IMG/VR virus record: IMGVR_UViG_3300047408_000067
Coordinates: 26,616-90,615 of that record
Length of the DNA stretch: 64,000 bases
DNA from: a virus
Reading direction: 5' to 3' (one strand)
Part shown: piece by piece, positions 18,539 to 27,732 of the stretch
Layout of the letters: each line of letters opens with the position of its first letter
Numbering within the stretch: position 1 is the first letter of the stretch
The notes under the pieces: generated by a model
Seen by the model: the letters and a program-made list of their open reading frames with translations, nothing else
Told to the model about the DNA's origin: nothing
Database searches by the model: none
Made by a program: the position numbers and the translations under genes

Positions 18539-19080
18539 ACGGGTAGTTTATCACCTATTGGGGTCTGGTTCAAGGCGACTTCCTGCCGTATATCGATGTC
18601 CTGAACCTGGTACAGTAGATAGTCAGCAGCGGACTCGAGGCTGTCCAGCACTACAAGACTCATAGCCCGCCATGCCGCATAGTCTACGATCCCGCCCGTG
18701 AGATCCACAGTGATAACAGGTTTGCCCCAAGCATAAGCAACACCGATTTCGTGAGCAGAGTCAATTGACGTGTATCCTGGGTAGATGCAAGATAGCACAA
18801 AGTCACTATCGTGGATGAGACGTAGGTTGCGAGGAATGTAGAAGCCAGCTCTGCTGGTAGCCACCCCATCGCGATAAGCATTCGGGGCACGAGGATGAAG
18901 CCACAGTACACTACCAACGAGCCGATCGATATCCGCACGAGGGCGAGTATAATCCGGAGGGACTTTCTGCGCGGCCCATACGGCTCCAATGGTTTCACGT
19001 ACCAGATCCCTGTACAGCGTCTCTAACTGGTGTCGCCATCCAACCTGCATAGTGCCCGACGTGTATGGGCTGACTATCAC
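18535..19080 (-). CDS. nucleoside 2-deoxyribosyltransferase-like / nucleotide N-glycosidase
   Basis: Y.SG.M...WR; LHPR; IHDSDFVL; S...AHEIGVAYAWGKPVI. Confidence 0.75.
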   Translation of the reverse strand: MIVSPYTSGTMQVGWRHQLETLYRDLVRETIGAVWAAQKVPPDYTRPRADIDRLVGSVLWLHPRAPNAYRDGVATSRAGFYIPRNLRLIHDSDFVLSCIYPGYTSIDSAHEIGVAYAWGKPVITVDLTGGIVDYAAWRAMSLVVLDSLESAADYLLYQVQDIDIRQEVALNQTPIGDKLPV

Positions 19081-19505
19081 TCCTGCTTGTCCCTTCTATC
19101 GTCATCATCGTCGACGAAATTGAGACCAAACCACGCCAAGCACATCATGGTCCGGATAAGGACGTCGTAAAACGTGCCCGTCAGTTTGTCCTTATCCCAC
19201 TTCATGACAGCGCCACTTTCGCTAGCAGAATCAAGACGGTACAGCTTGTCTTTCAGGTCTACCAATGCCGTGATAGGCCCATCTTTCTGCCACGCGTCTT
19301 TGTACTGCTGGTTTTTCTGATACACCAGCGTGTCGTAATCTATCAGCGCCATTGCTAACTGTGAATTGATCTCGGTCAGCCACAGTTGTGACTCATAGCG
19401 CTCGTCCGTCGGGTCTAGCCCAAGGACGTGCTCTGCGAACTGGTCCAGTAGCCACCCTTGCTTGATGTCTACCCGTTGCATGTCTGCTGGTGTAACGATC
19501 TTCAC
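19077..19505 (-). CDS. Nmad1/DUF1599-like all-helical nucleotide-modification-associated protein
   Basis: QKNQQYKDAWQKDG.....DLKDKLYRL....TFYD; GTG start behind GGAGG. Confidence 0.65.
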   Translation of the reverse strand: MKIVTPADMQRVDIKQGWLLDQFAEHVLGLDPTDERYESQLWLTEINSQLAMALIDYDTLVYQKNQQYKDAWQKDGPITALVDLKDKLYRLDSASESGAVMKWDKDKLTGTFYDVLIRTMMCLAWFGLNFVDDDDDRRDKQE

Positions 19506-19519
19506 GATTGCCCTCCAGA

Positions 19520-19550
19520 TAAACAAACGGGGCAGGTACCGTGCCTACCC
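19520..19550 (-). terminator. possible terminator/processing hairpin ahead of the modification operon
   Basis: GGGTAGG/CCTGCCC stem followed by CGTTTGTTTAT on minus strand. Confidence 0.35.
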
Positions 19551-19585
19551 ACCCCGCTGTTTCCCACCCTATGTGCGGGTCTAGA

Positions 19586-20695
19586 CTACGCTTCCTGCAA
19601 CGCTGCTACCCTGCGGCGTTCCCGCTTGGGCATAACACGGTGACAGGTCTCGCAGATGCTGTGATGCTGAACAATGTTGCCGCCCACCCGCATCAGCCTG
19701 CGGACAAGGCTTGGATCCTCGAGCACCCGACTGTAGTTGCTCGCCACGTAGGTCACGTGGTTTGCCAGTTGGTACAGGTTCTCCACAGGGTGGTTGACCA
19801 GCCTGTTGCGGATCATATCACGAACAGCGGGTGGGATGCCAAAGTCCTGAAGCATGGCAGCCAGCTCTTCGTCCGTATGGGTGCCGACCGCCACGTCCTT
19901 CAACGCCTTGAAGCGGTCCACTTCAGTCTCCACCTTGTTGAGGATGGTGGGTACGTTGGTGGTGATCCACTCCTTGTCGTCGGCCTCGTCGGCTCGCTTG
20001 GTGTAGTGCATGACGTTTTGGGTGCTGGTCATCCCGTTCGTACACACCAGTCGTTCCCAATAGCCAGATAGATCAAGACCGAGACCAGTACCACCAGGGG
20101 CACTGTATCCGTACGGGCTAACGTACAACTGGACTCCGCTAGCCACGATGTCGTTGACCTTAGCACCCTGATTACCGCCCTCCAGGCGCTGGTAATCCTT
20201 GCCGCCCATGTTGTATTCACTGCCGCCCACCAGGGAGATGTACTGGCGATCTTGCGTTCCCCAGACCTTGTAACCCTTGACGTGCTTGCGGCCACCCATT
20301 GCACGTTCTACGGTGCGCATGTAGTCGAGCGGGTCGCGTACTTCGACCTTCCCGTCAATGATGGCTTGAATCTCACCCTCACGAGTAAGTGCCTTCAGGT
20401 TGCCCTGGCGCTCCCTGAAGCTGTAATCGAGCAGACCCACAACGTGTGCTTGCGCATCGGTGCCCATGTACTTGAGCATGCTGTTGGTCTGTAGCCCGCT
20501 AACGCGGAACAACGTGTCCCAGGCGCTTGCGCCCAGAGGCATTACGTCGTCCTTGTTGCCGAAGCGGTACTGCACCTTGCCGTTGGTACCGACCTGGAGG
20601 CCGTAGCTGTCGTCTGGGGCAAACTGGCGTTCCTCAAGCCCGCTAAAGGGCAGGAGCGTCTGCAGCGCCGTTTCACGATCAACCATCTGTGTCAT
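19586..20695 (-). CDS. DUF932-like protein
   Basis: G....S..G.....RLVCTNGM motif; helical C-terminus NLYQLANHVT. Confidence 0.65.
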   Translation of the reverse strand: MTQMVDRETALQTLLPFSGLEERQFAPDDSYGLQVGTNGKVQYRFGNKDDVMPLGASAWDTLFRVSGLQTNSMLKYMGTDAQAHVVGLLDYSFRERQGNLKALTREGEIQAIIDGKVEVRDPLDYMRTVERAMGGRKHVKGYKVWGTQDRQYISLVGGSEYNMGGKDYQRLEGGNQGAKVNDIVASGVQLYVSPYGYSAPGGTGLGLDLSGYWERLVCTNGMTSTQNVMHYTKRADEADDKEWITTNVPTILNKVETEVDRFKALKDVAVGTHTDEELAAMLQDFGIPPAVRDMIRNRLVNHPVENLYQLANHVTYVASNYSRVLEDPSLVRRLMRVGGNIVQHHSICETCHRVMPKRERRRVAALQEA

Positions 20696-20702
20696 TGTTG
20701 TG

Positions 20703-20906
20703 CTATGCCACTGCTTTCTTTTTGGTAGCCTCGGGACGCAGTTTGGTGATCTTTACCACCTTGGTCCCGCACTTGGTGTGATTACCTTCGATCATGCCAC
20801 GCTTGTTGGGTGTTACGCGGTACCTCCCTCGCAGGTTCTTGACCTTGACGCGGCACTTCATGCAATACCCATCGTATAGCTCTTGGCCTTCTTCTAAGAC
20901 TGCCAT
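20703..20906 (-). CDS. small basic Zn-ribbon protein (DUF5679-like)
   Basis: GYCMKCR...G.HTKCGTK; ATG behind GGGAG. Confidence 0.7.
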   Translation of the reverse strand: MAVLEEGQELYDGYCMKCRVKVKNLRGRYRVTPNKRGMIEGNHTKCGTKVVKITKLRPEATKKKAVA

Positions 20907-20940
20907 TACTTCTCCCTGGGCTGCATGGGCCGACAAGTAC

Positions 20941-20970
20941 AGTATAACCCACTGGACCGTCGGCCTGCAA
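20941..20970 (-). promoter_or_regulatory. sigma70-type promoter
   Basis: TTGCAG-N18-TATACT. Confidence 0.65.
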
Positions 20971-21012
20971 CCCCACTTAGATTACCTTGTCTGCTCTATC
21001 CGATCGAAAAAC

Positions 21013-22026
21013 TCAGCGTCTGCTGCCGAGGGGGCGTTTCGCGCTGGACGCGGGACGGGTTGGCGCTTTGGTAGTCTTCCGCCGTGGAGCTTCTTCCTCT
21101 TCGTCTTCGTCCTCATCCTCGTCTTCATCACCATCCTCGTCCTCGTCCTCGTCGTCCTCCTCTACTACTGCTGCTGCTTTGCGCCCTCTTGCGGTGGCTG
21201 GCTTGCGAGCCGGGCGCTCTTCTTCTTCAGCTTCCTCATCTTCTTCTTCGTCTGATTCTTCCTCTTCGTCATCCTCGTCCTCGTCGGGTTCAACCCGACG
21301 GCTCTTGGTAGTGGTGGCCTTGCCCTTGGCTACCGTCTTACGTGGGGGAGCCTCCTCCTCGTCCTCGTCTTCCTCCTCCACGTCCTCCACGTCCTCATCA
21401 TCATCTTCGTCACCGATGCCCTCGGCGCGGGCCTTCATGGCGCGGCCACCACCGTAGTAGCTCTGAGCCTGTTGGTCGAGATAGCCTTCAATGTCGATCA
21501 GCTTGAGGTTGCGCTGGTCGAAGGCCTCTTTCTCCTCGGCTTCGATATGGTACTTGGTGTCGGTGCCTTCGCCGGTCCGAGTGATGCTGTAATCGCGGTC
21601 CATGATGGTGCCGCGTCGCTCGTACTTGATGATGAGGTTCTCGACCATTGCACCCGTGAGCTTGAGAAGCCGCACCTGCTTGCTATCGCGGTCCCACACG
21701 TTGACGTACCAACGCTTACCCGCACGGATGTCGCCGTCCAGGCGGCAGTTCTCGATGCACGGGACATACGCACCGTTCCCGCCTCCGCCCCCAGGGACAT
21801 AGTGCTCGCCGTACTCCACCCACGGATTGCGCTTGTTGAACGGCTCGTGCAGGAAGCGCACTGTTCGTGCTTCGCCTTCCTTGAACGTCAAGCGCACATT
21901 CGGCATCTGCTTTGCCGAGTCTCGCATGCTCTTGGCATCTTCGTGTGCCACGGTACGCACCTTGATGGTCTTGGGTGCGTCAACTTCGCTCTTGCCGTTA
22001 CGGGCAAACGTGCTTTTTACTGCCAT
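21013..22026 (-). CDS. gp32-like single-stranded DNA-binding protein with very long charged tail
   Basis: VRFL...H......C...C; DRDYSITRTGEGTDTKY; next to primase; RBS GAGGA before ATG 22026 (longer start 22131 possible). Confidence 0.75.
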   Translation of the reverse strand: MAVKSTFARNGKSEVDAPKTIKVRTVAHEDAKSMRDSAKQMPNVRLTFKEGEARTVRFLHEPFNKRNPWVEYGEHYVPGGGGGNGAYVPCIENCRLDGDIRAGKRWYVNVWDRDSKQVRLLKLTGAMVENLIIKYERRGTIMDRDYSITRTGEGTDTKYHIEAEEKEAFDQRNLKLIDIEGYLDQQAQSYYGGGRAMKARAEGIGDEDDDEDVEDVEEEDEDEEEAPPRKTVAKGKATTTKSRRVEPDEDEDDEEEESDEEEDEEAEEEERPARKPATARGRKAAAVVEEDDEDEDEDGDEDEDEDEDEEEEAPRRKTTKAPTRPASSAKRPLGSRR

Positions 22027-22137
22027 ACTGTCCTCGTCTTCGTATACATTTCTACCAAATCCTCTTGAACGCGGCTGGTCTACACGAGTAGACGCTTCCC
22101 TCCTGTGCTCTGAGTACTCTAGCCTAGCCATACCTAA

Positions 22138-22166
22138 AGTGTACTTGTCCCAGCTTTGCGGAGCAA
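22138..22166 (-). promoter_or_regulatory. sigma70-type promoter
   Basis: TTGCTC-N17-TACACT. Confidence 0.5.
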
Positions 22167-22168
22167 AC

Positions 22169-23140
22169 CTAGCTTTTGAAGGGGTCGTAGTCTGGTTCTA
22201 CCAACGTCGTCCAATGCACCCGCCTCTGAAGCATCCTACGCATAGTTTGCTGAGACAGCTCATTGGGATCTTTCCTGCTTACTTGCCATTGTACCACAAA
22301 CACCAGCGGTACACGCTCGGCCAAGTCCCTACACATTTTGAATTGTGCGATATGGCCTGCGGCATCGTTATCGCAGAATACGGTTACCTCATCGAATCGT
22401 TCTGCGATAAGGTCCAGTTGTTCCCTGGTTAGCCCTGTGCCGAGGGTGGCAACGAAGTTGTCGTGTCCGTACTCGTATGATCGAAGTGCGTCTTTAGCAC
22501 CCTCAACAACAACGACTGAATTTCTATCAGGGTTGACGTACGGCAGTCCGTACAGGACGTGGCGTCTATCAAAGTCCTTAGAGTAGAGATATCTTGGGCG
22601 TTGTACCTCGTTGACCGCTCGTCTGATGATACCGACCCACTTCTCTCCCGCTCGTACTGGAATGACCGCGCGTTTAGATCCTCCATCATATCCCAGGTCA
22701 AAACGTACGATAGTCTCTCGATCGAAGCGTCCATACGGCTGTCCATTATGCAGCCACCATGAGCTACCCTTCCTGTATTTGGTTATGTCTACGGTTTTGA
22801 ACCGATGTCTAGGAGGGTGCAGGATTGCGTCTAGCTGCGCCAGGGCACGGTTGCGCACGCTTACTATGTCCAGTGGGCTGCCGTACTCGCTGATAACGTC
22901 TACGGCTTCTCGGTAACTGGTGCGTTGGGTAAGCATTACCAAGCGCGGCAGGTTACCGCGCTCTCCACACACCCAACAGTGCCAGAGGCCAGTGCGCGTG
23001 TTTATCTCCAGGTTAGGTGCGCCCGTCTCACCATGGAATACGCACAGGGTTACGAACTCTTGCTGTATGACCTCCCCATCTAACCTGAGTCGTTCCAGTA
23101 CCTGCGGCACATTGACGTCTAGGTCATCCAGGTCGGCCAT
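22169..23140 (-). CDS. DnaG-like primase (Zn-finger + TOPRIM)
   Basis: CVFH...WHCWVC; VVEGAKD; ATLGT; DNDAAG; KDPNE. Confidence 0.9.
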   Translation of the reverse strand: MADLDDLDVNVPQVLERLRLDGEVIQQEFVTLCVFHGETGAPNLEINTRTGLWHCWVCGERGNLPRLVMLTQRTSYREAVDVISEYGSPLDIVSVRNRALAQLDAILHPPRHRFKTVDITKYRKGSSWWLHNGQPYGRFDRETIVRFDLGYDGGSKRAVIPVRAGEKWVGIIRRAVNEVQRPRYLYSKDFDRRHVLYGLPYVNPDRNSVVVVEGAKDALRSYEYGHDNFVATLGTGLTREQLDLIAERFDEVTVFCDNDAAGHIAQFKMCRDLAERVPLVFVVQWQVSRKDPNELSQQTMRRMLQRRVHWTTLVEPDYDPFKS

Positions 23141-23143
23141 AGG

Positions 23144-24448
23144 CTAGTCGTCCGACTCTTCTTCTTGGGCCACGGGGCGGCGACGGCTGCTGCGCGCTGC
23201 GGTGTCTTCCTTGATGACGCCGTTGTCGATGTCCAACTCGAACTTGATGGTGTCACCAGTGCGCCCACGGCGGTTCTTCTTCACTACCATCTTCAGATCA
23301 CCAGCTCGGTAGCGCAGCGACAATACCTGGTCACTGTCCGCACCAAGGGCGTCTGTTAGTGAGATGTGGTCCAGCTCTGGTGCATCCTGCGCATCGACAC
23401 CCTTGCGGTTGGCCTGTGCGTTCAAGACAAACGGGATGTCGAACTGGCGGGCTATGTTGTGCTTTGCCATGCGGCTTGTCTGCACTGCCTGAATCCAGTT
23501 GTCTCCACCGCGTACCAAATCGTTGCCCACACCCAGACCGAAGTAGTCAAAGAACGCAATGTTCGGCTCGTGCTGCTCGCACTTCGCCACCATTGTCGCC
23601 ATTGAGAAGCCGCCCTGCGCATTGGGGGTGATAAAACTGGACTTCAGTTGCTGGCGTGCCTTGATGAGAAACCGTCGGTACTTCTTCAGATCCAACGCAC
23701 CCATCATCATGCCCATGTTGCTGAAGCGGTCAGCGAACTCGTCTTTGGCACTCGCCGCCAGCTTGTTGTTGAGCAGCGTTTGTACCCGCATACCGATCTG
23801 GGCTGGAGACATCTCCAGGCTGGCATACAGGACTTTCGCACCAGAAATGACCGCGTTGGTCGCAAAGTACAGAGACATCCACGTCTTGAACTCACCCTGG
23901 CGTGCCACAATGGTGATCAGGTCGGGTGCCTGCATGCCGCCCGTTTGCTTGTCCAGGCTTGGTATCCCAAAGGGGTACCCAATGGACTCGCCAGCAGCTA
24001 CCTGATCGTGTGCCCGCTTCACGTGGTTGTACGTGTGCTGCCAGTTGTTGAGGATGTCGATGTCCTCGCCCTTGGAGTACAACTGAAGTATCTGACGGAT
24101 ATCGCCTTCGAGTTCGGTAGCCAGCACCGCAGGCTCGATACGTCCGAGACGTCGCATTGCCTTCTCGAACATCTTGCCCAGGTCGTAGTCTGCTTTGCTG
24201 CGCTGTGCCTGCGCTACAAGCAGTTCGATTTCGTCTGGGTCCATTGCGTAGACACGGAAGTTAGGAAACCGCACCTTGAAGGTTTCCTTGTTCGTAGCCC
24301 TGTGCTCTTGAAGCCAGATCCACTCTGCCTTGCGACGCATGAACAATGCGTCGGTAACACCCATACGCATAACTTGGGACACACCACGCCCTGGTCCACG
24401 GGTGTGCCGTACAATAGCGCTAATCAATAGATCTTCGTTAGTAGCCAC
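23144..24448 (-). CDS. DnaB-like replicative helicase
   Basis: ARQGEFKT Walker A, SLEMS, FDY, AQANR, KNRRG; GTG start behind GAGAGGG. Confidence 0.9.
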   Translation of the reverse strand: MATNEDLLISAIVRHTRGPGRGVSQVMRMGVTDALFMRRKAEWIWLQEHRATNKETFKVRFPNFRVYAMDPDEIELLVAQAQRSKADYDLGKMFEKAMRRLGRIEPAVLATELEGDIRQILQLYSKGEDIDILNNWQHTYNHVKRAHDQVAAGESIGYPFGIPSLDKQTGGMQAPDLITIVARQGEFKTWMSLYFATNAVISGAKVLYASLEMSPAQIGMRVQTLLNNKLAASAKDEFADRFSNMGMMMGALDLKKYRRFLIKARQQLKSSFITPNAQGGFSMATMVAKCEQHEPNIAFFDYFGLGVGNDLVRGGDNWIQAVQTSRMAKHNIARQFDIPFVLNAQANRKGVDAQDAPELDHISLTDALGADSDQVLSLRYRAGDLKMVVKKNRRGRTGDTIKFELDIDNGVIKEDTAARSSRRRPVAQEEESDD

Positions 24449-24496
24449 TATGCCCTCTCTTGGCCTCTTGGTCTCTGCGTGGTTTTGCCACCCCAC

Positions 24497-24526
24497 AGTA
24501 TAGCATTCTCTGTAGCTGAGATGCCA
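24497..24526 (-). promoter_or_regulatory. extended -10 promoter for helicase-primase
   Basis: TGGCAT-N18-TATACT with TGn. Confidence 0.55.
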
Positions 24527-24534
24527 ACTGGCTA

Positions 24535-25374
24535 CTAGAGGCCAAGATAGACTCTTAGCATGTTTCTGTCATACTCGTCCTGAACTCTTGCGGATTCTTT
24601 CAATCGCTGCTGTTTCAACCAGGGGAATACGTACGCGTCGTCGTACTCGTCCAGTATCTCCTCAGATATCTCCATATCCTTGATGTCTTGATAGAATCTG
24701 CCGTAAGTAAAAGTGTGCAGCCCGTCCGGCTGCCGCTTGCACCGATAAAAGGCAATCTGAATGAATGCCTTCAGAGCAAGAGGGTCACCGCCAAATCGAT
24801 GGCGTAGGAGACGAGCAGCACCAACATCCTTCTTCCAATCAAGCTTAGGTGTTTCCCCAAACCTTAGCCTGAAGACAAAGGAGAAGTAGCAGACGAAATC
24901 AGGCCCAGTCCACTTCTCTGCCCTATCCCAGTGACGTCTAAACCTCTTGAAGGGAGAATTACTAGGTTTCGCAGTCTTATATACGTCTATCGCTTTATCG
25001 AATATGCTCTGTATACGCGCTATCGAGTGTGCATTATCCCCTTGGGTATTCCTAGGGTTTTCAATATACCTAAAGGGGCTAACTCTTTTTTGAACGACTT
25101 TCTGAACTTGGTTGGTAATCCCTCCTTGGTTGCCCCTGGGTCCATTCTGGTTGCCCCTAAAAGACGGGACACCATACTTCCTGGCTCTATGCCCTGCCCC
25201 TGCTTGAAGGATTTCCAGACTACCGTCTTCGATAAGATTCCTCAGGGTCTTCTTGGTATACTGCTCCGACCAGCCGAAAATCAACGCTATCTCACTGGCG
25301 CTAACCCTGACTGTACCCATCGCGTTACAGTGTTCTTCAAACCATACCAGTACGAGACGTTGATTTCTGGTCAT
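24535..25374 (-). CDS. putative replication initiator / winged-HTH DNA-binding protein
   Basis: SASEIALIFGWSEQYTKKTLRNLIEDG HTH; directly upstream of helicase; start moved to MTRNQ. Confidence 0.6.
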   Translation of the reverse strand: MTRNQRLVLVWFEEHCNAMGTVRVSASEIALIFGWSEQYTKKTLRNLIEDGSLEILQAGAGHRARKYGVPSFRGNQNGPRGNQGGITNQVQKVVQKRVSPFRYIENPRNTQGDNAHSIARIQSIFDKAIDVYKTAKPSNSPFKRFRRHWDRAEKWTGPDFVCYFSFVFRLRFGETPKLDWKKDVGAARLLRHRFGGDPLALKAFIQIAFYRCKRQPDGLHTFTYGRFYQDIKDMEISEEILDEYDDAYVFPWLKQQRLKESARVQDEYDRNMLRVYLGL

Positions 25375-25479
25375 AGACCAGAGATTACCCTTGCCCTCAA
25401 AATTGCCATACCAAACTATAGCACCCACGACGTTCCTAGGGGCATCTAAAAAAGTAGATCGTGAGTTCAAGCTTGTAGA

Positions 25480-25509
25480 TTGCTTCAGACAAACAAAGTA
25501 GGCTACAAT
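25480..25509 (+). promoter_or_regulatory. sigma70-type promoter
   Basis: TTGCTT-N18-TACAAT, 12 nt before ATG 25522. Confidence 0.55.
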
Positions 25510-25521
25510 AAAAGCACTGCA

Positions 25522-27036
25522 ATGGCAAGACAATCCAAGCAAGTAATCCATGCGACGGTAGGAGGCAAGCTGGTCCTACCACGATCCCAAGTCCCACGTG
25601 AGTTATTTGAGGCGTTATTGACGCATCTCACGTGGGACAACCCTGAGTACAAGGACAGGCAATTCCGCGGGTTGCAAACCCGATACTATGACCGTGCGAA
25701 ACAGACGTGGGTGGAGATTCCTCAGCATATATACGGGTTGACGCTAAACGATGACGATCAGACGTACGAGATAGCTAGAGAATTCGTTCCAGAGTTCGAA
25801 AGACTGGCGAACGAACGGGGGATAGAGATCGAATGGGAAGATCTGCGGGTCACCCATACTCCCAATCCGTTACCACACGGAATAGAGCTCTGGGAGCCCC
25901 AGAGACCCGCTGTTCGAGACCTGCTAAATGATGATTACGGACATCAAGGCGTTCTTGAGGCACCATGCGGGTCGGGGAAAACTGTTATGCTGCTCTACGT
26001 CGTGGCTGAACTTGGACAGCCAACGCTCATTCTCGCTCACACTGATGATCTTCTCAAGCAATGGCAAGATTACTGCCGCCGTCTTCTGGATTACACGCCT
26101 GGACTGATCCAGGGCGATACTTACGACATAAAGCAAATCACGCTTGCCAGTGTAATGACACTTGCTCGTAGAGAGCTAACCCCCGAGTTCCTCAACCAGT
26201 GGGGCATGGTGATACTGGACGAAGCACACCACTGTCCGGCCCAATGCTTTCAAGAAGTGATGACGCAGTTTCCCGCTTACTATCGGTTTGGCGCTACTGC
26301 TACCCCACGGCGTGAAGACAACCTCCAGGGACTTCTGTACGCGATCTGTGGCCCTGTTATTGCCAAGGTGCAGCGCAGGGCACTAAAGGACGCGGGCCTT
26401 ATCGTAGACCCTGTCGTGATAGTACATGAAACAGGCTTCACTTTCCCATACAGGGACATGCGCCAATGGCATCCTATGGTGCGTGCTCTGATAAATGATA
26501 GGCGGCGCAATGCCCAGATCATCGAAAACATCATCGCCGACCACGACAGCGGTAACCACGTTCAGCTTGTCCTATCTCAGCAAATCGACCACCTCGCTCT
26601 CCTGGCAGGGGCTTTACAAAAACGTCGCCCTGACATTTCCCAAGAGCTCCTTATCGCCGGCGGGACTAAGACAGATAAGTACGGACGTGTCACACGCAAT
26701 ATCCGTCGTACAAAGGCGCAAAGGACGGAAGCTATCGACGCTGCTAGAAAGGGCCATCTGCGCGTACTATTTGGAACTAAGCTGGCAGATGAGGGCCTCG
26801 ATATCCCGCGCCTCGACAGGCTTCACCTTGTGTTTCCCTCAAGGGCACAAGGCAAGATTTCGCAACAAGTTGGACGAATTCAACGTAGACATCCAGGAAA
26901 GAGAGATGTTATCGTCCGCGATTACGTGGATGAGCCTAGAGTCCTTAAGAGCCAGTGGTTCGAGCGAAGAAAAGCCTACGTAGAAATGGAGCTGGAAATT
27001 GTCCGTGCGAATCAAAGGGAGAGCAGAACTGCTTAG
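25522..27036 (+). CDS. superfamily 2 DEAH helicase
   Basis: APCGSGKT, DEAHH, ATATP, EGLDIP, QQVGRIQR. Confidence 0.92.
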   Translation: MARQSKQVIHATVGGKLVLPRSQVPRELFEALLTHLTWDNPEYKDRQFRGLQTRYYDRAKQTWVEIPQHIYGLTLNDDDQTYEIAREFVPEFERLANERGIEIEWEDLRVTHTPNPLPHGIELWEPQRPAVRDLLNDDYGHQGVLEAPCGSGKTVMLLYVVAELGQPTLILAHTDDLLKQWQDYCRRLLDYTPGLIQGDTYDIKQITLASVMTLARRELTPEFLNQWGMVILDEAHHCPAQCFQEVMTQFPAYYRFGATATPRREDNLQGLLYAICGPVIAKVQRRALKDAGLIVDPVVIVHETGFTFPYRDMRQWHPMVRALINDRRRNAQIIENIIADHDSGNHVQLVLSQQIDHLALLAGALQKRRPDISQELLIAGGTKTDKYGRVTRNIRRTKAQRTEAIDAARKGHLRVLFGTKLADEGLDIPRLDRLHLVFPSRAQGKISQQVGRIQRRHPGKRDVIVRDYVDEPRVLKSQWFERRKAYVEMELEIVRANQRESRTA

Positions 27037-27433
27037 CTGGCTGCGGCGTAGGAAGGATCTTGACGACAAGCGCAAGGTTCTCACCCGCAGCATAGACAAC
27101 ATCAACACCTGGGTACTTGCATACTATGAACGGCACAACCTTACGGAGGTCGCAGACCCAGAGACCAAGACCAAATGGCAGAAGCGCCAGGGTACCACCC
27201 AGATCTGGAACGATGAAGCACTGAAGGCATTGCTTCGCCGCCGCAGGGTGCCAGAGGAACTGGTCTTTACGCCAGTAACCACAGAGGTGCGCAACGACAA
27301 GGCCGTCTTCCAGCTAATGCAGGATGGCATTCTCAGTATCGAAGACATCGAAGGCGTCAGCACACTACAGACGCACAAACCTTATATCATGGGGTTGAAC
27401 AATGCCAAGCAACACGCCGATCAAGAAGACTAA
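26999..27433 (+). CDS. hypothetical protein (loosely Gam/Gp157-like)
   Basis: N-terminal coiled coil then beta/alpha; co-oriented overlap. Confidence 0.6.
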   Translation: MSVRIKGRAELLSWLRRRKDLDDKRKVLTRSIDNINTWVLAYYERHNLTEVADPETKTKWQKRQGTTQIWNDEALKALLRRRRVPEELVFTPVTTEVRNDKAVFQLMQDGILSIEDIEGVSTLQTHKPYIMGLNNAKQHADQED

Positions 27434-27629
27434 CCCCCTGGACAATGGCGACCGCATAGGCGTAAGCTTTGGGGTTACCATCAACATGGGTGACTACCAG
27501 AGTCTGAAGGTAGAAGCTTGGGCAGAGGGTACCAAGCGGGAAGGAGAAACATCTGCATCCGCGTATAAGCGCCTATTCGATCTGGTAGAAAAGCAAGCCA
27601 ACGACAAAGCGGCGGAGTACAAACCATAG
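27402..27629 (+). CDS. hypothetical phage protein
   Basis: VSFGVTINMGDYQSLKVE beta motif plus helix. Confidence 0.7.
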   Translation: MPSNTPIKKTNPLDNGDRIGVSFGVTINMGDYQSLKVEAWAEGTKREGETSASAYKRLFDLVEKQANDKAAEYKP

Positions 27630-27631
27630 GC

Positions 27632-27660
27632 TTGCATTCCTGACAAATCCGTGCTATAGT
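27632..27660 (+). promoter_or_regulatory. extended -10 sigma70-type promoter
   Basis: TTGCAT-N17-TATAGT with TGn; leader contains AGGGA/TCCCT and CAACC/GGTTG stems. Confidence 0.7.
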
Positions 27661-27732
27661 TCATCTGTGCAGCAACCGATCATCAGGGAAATAGGTCTCC
27701 CTAATCTATTGTGGTTGTTGAGGAGAATCGAA

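Noticed and set aside
9947-24448. Inteins or introns in recA, dnaE, primase or helicase
   Set aside because: Lengths are normal and motifs contiguous; no splice-junction motifs noticed
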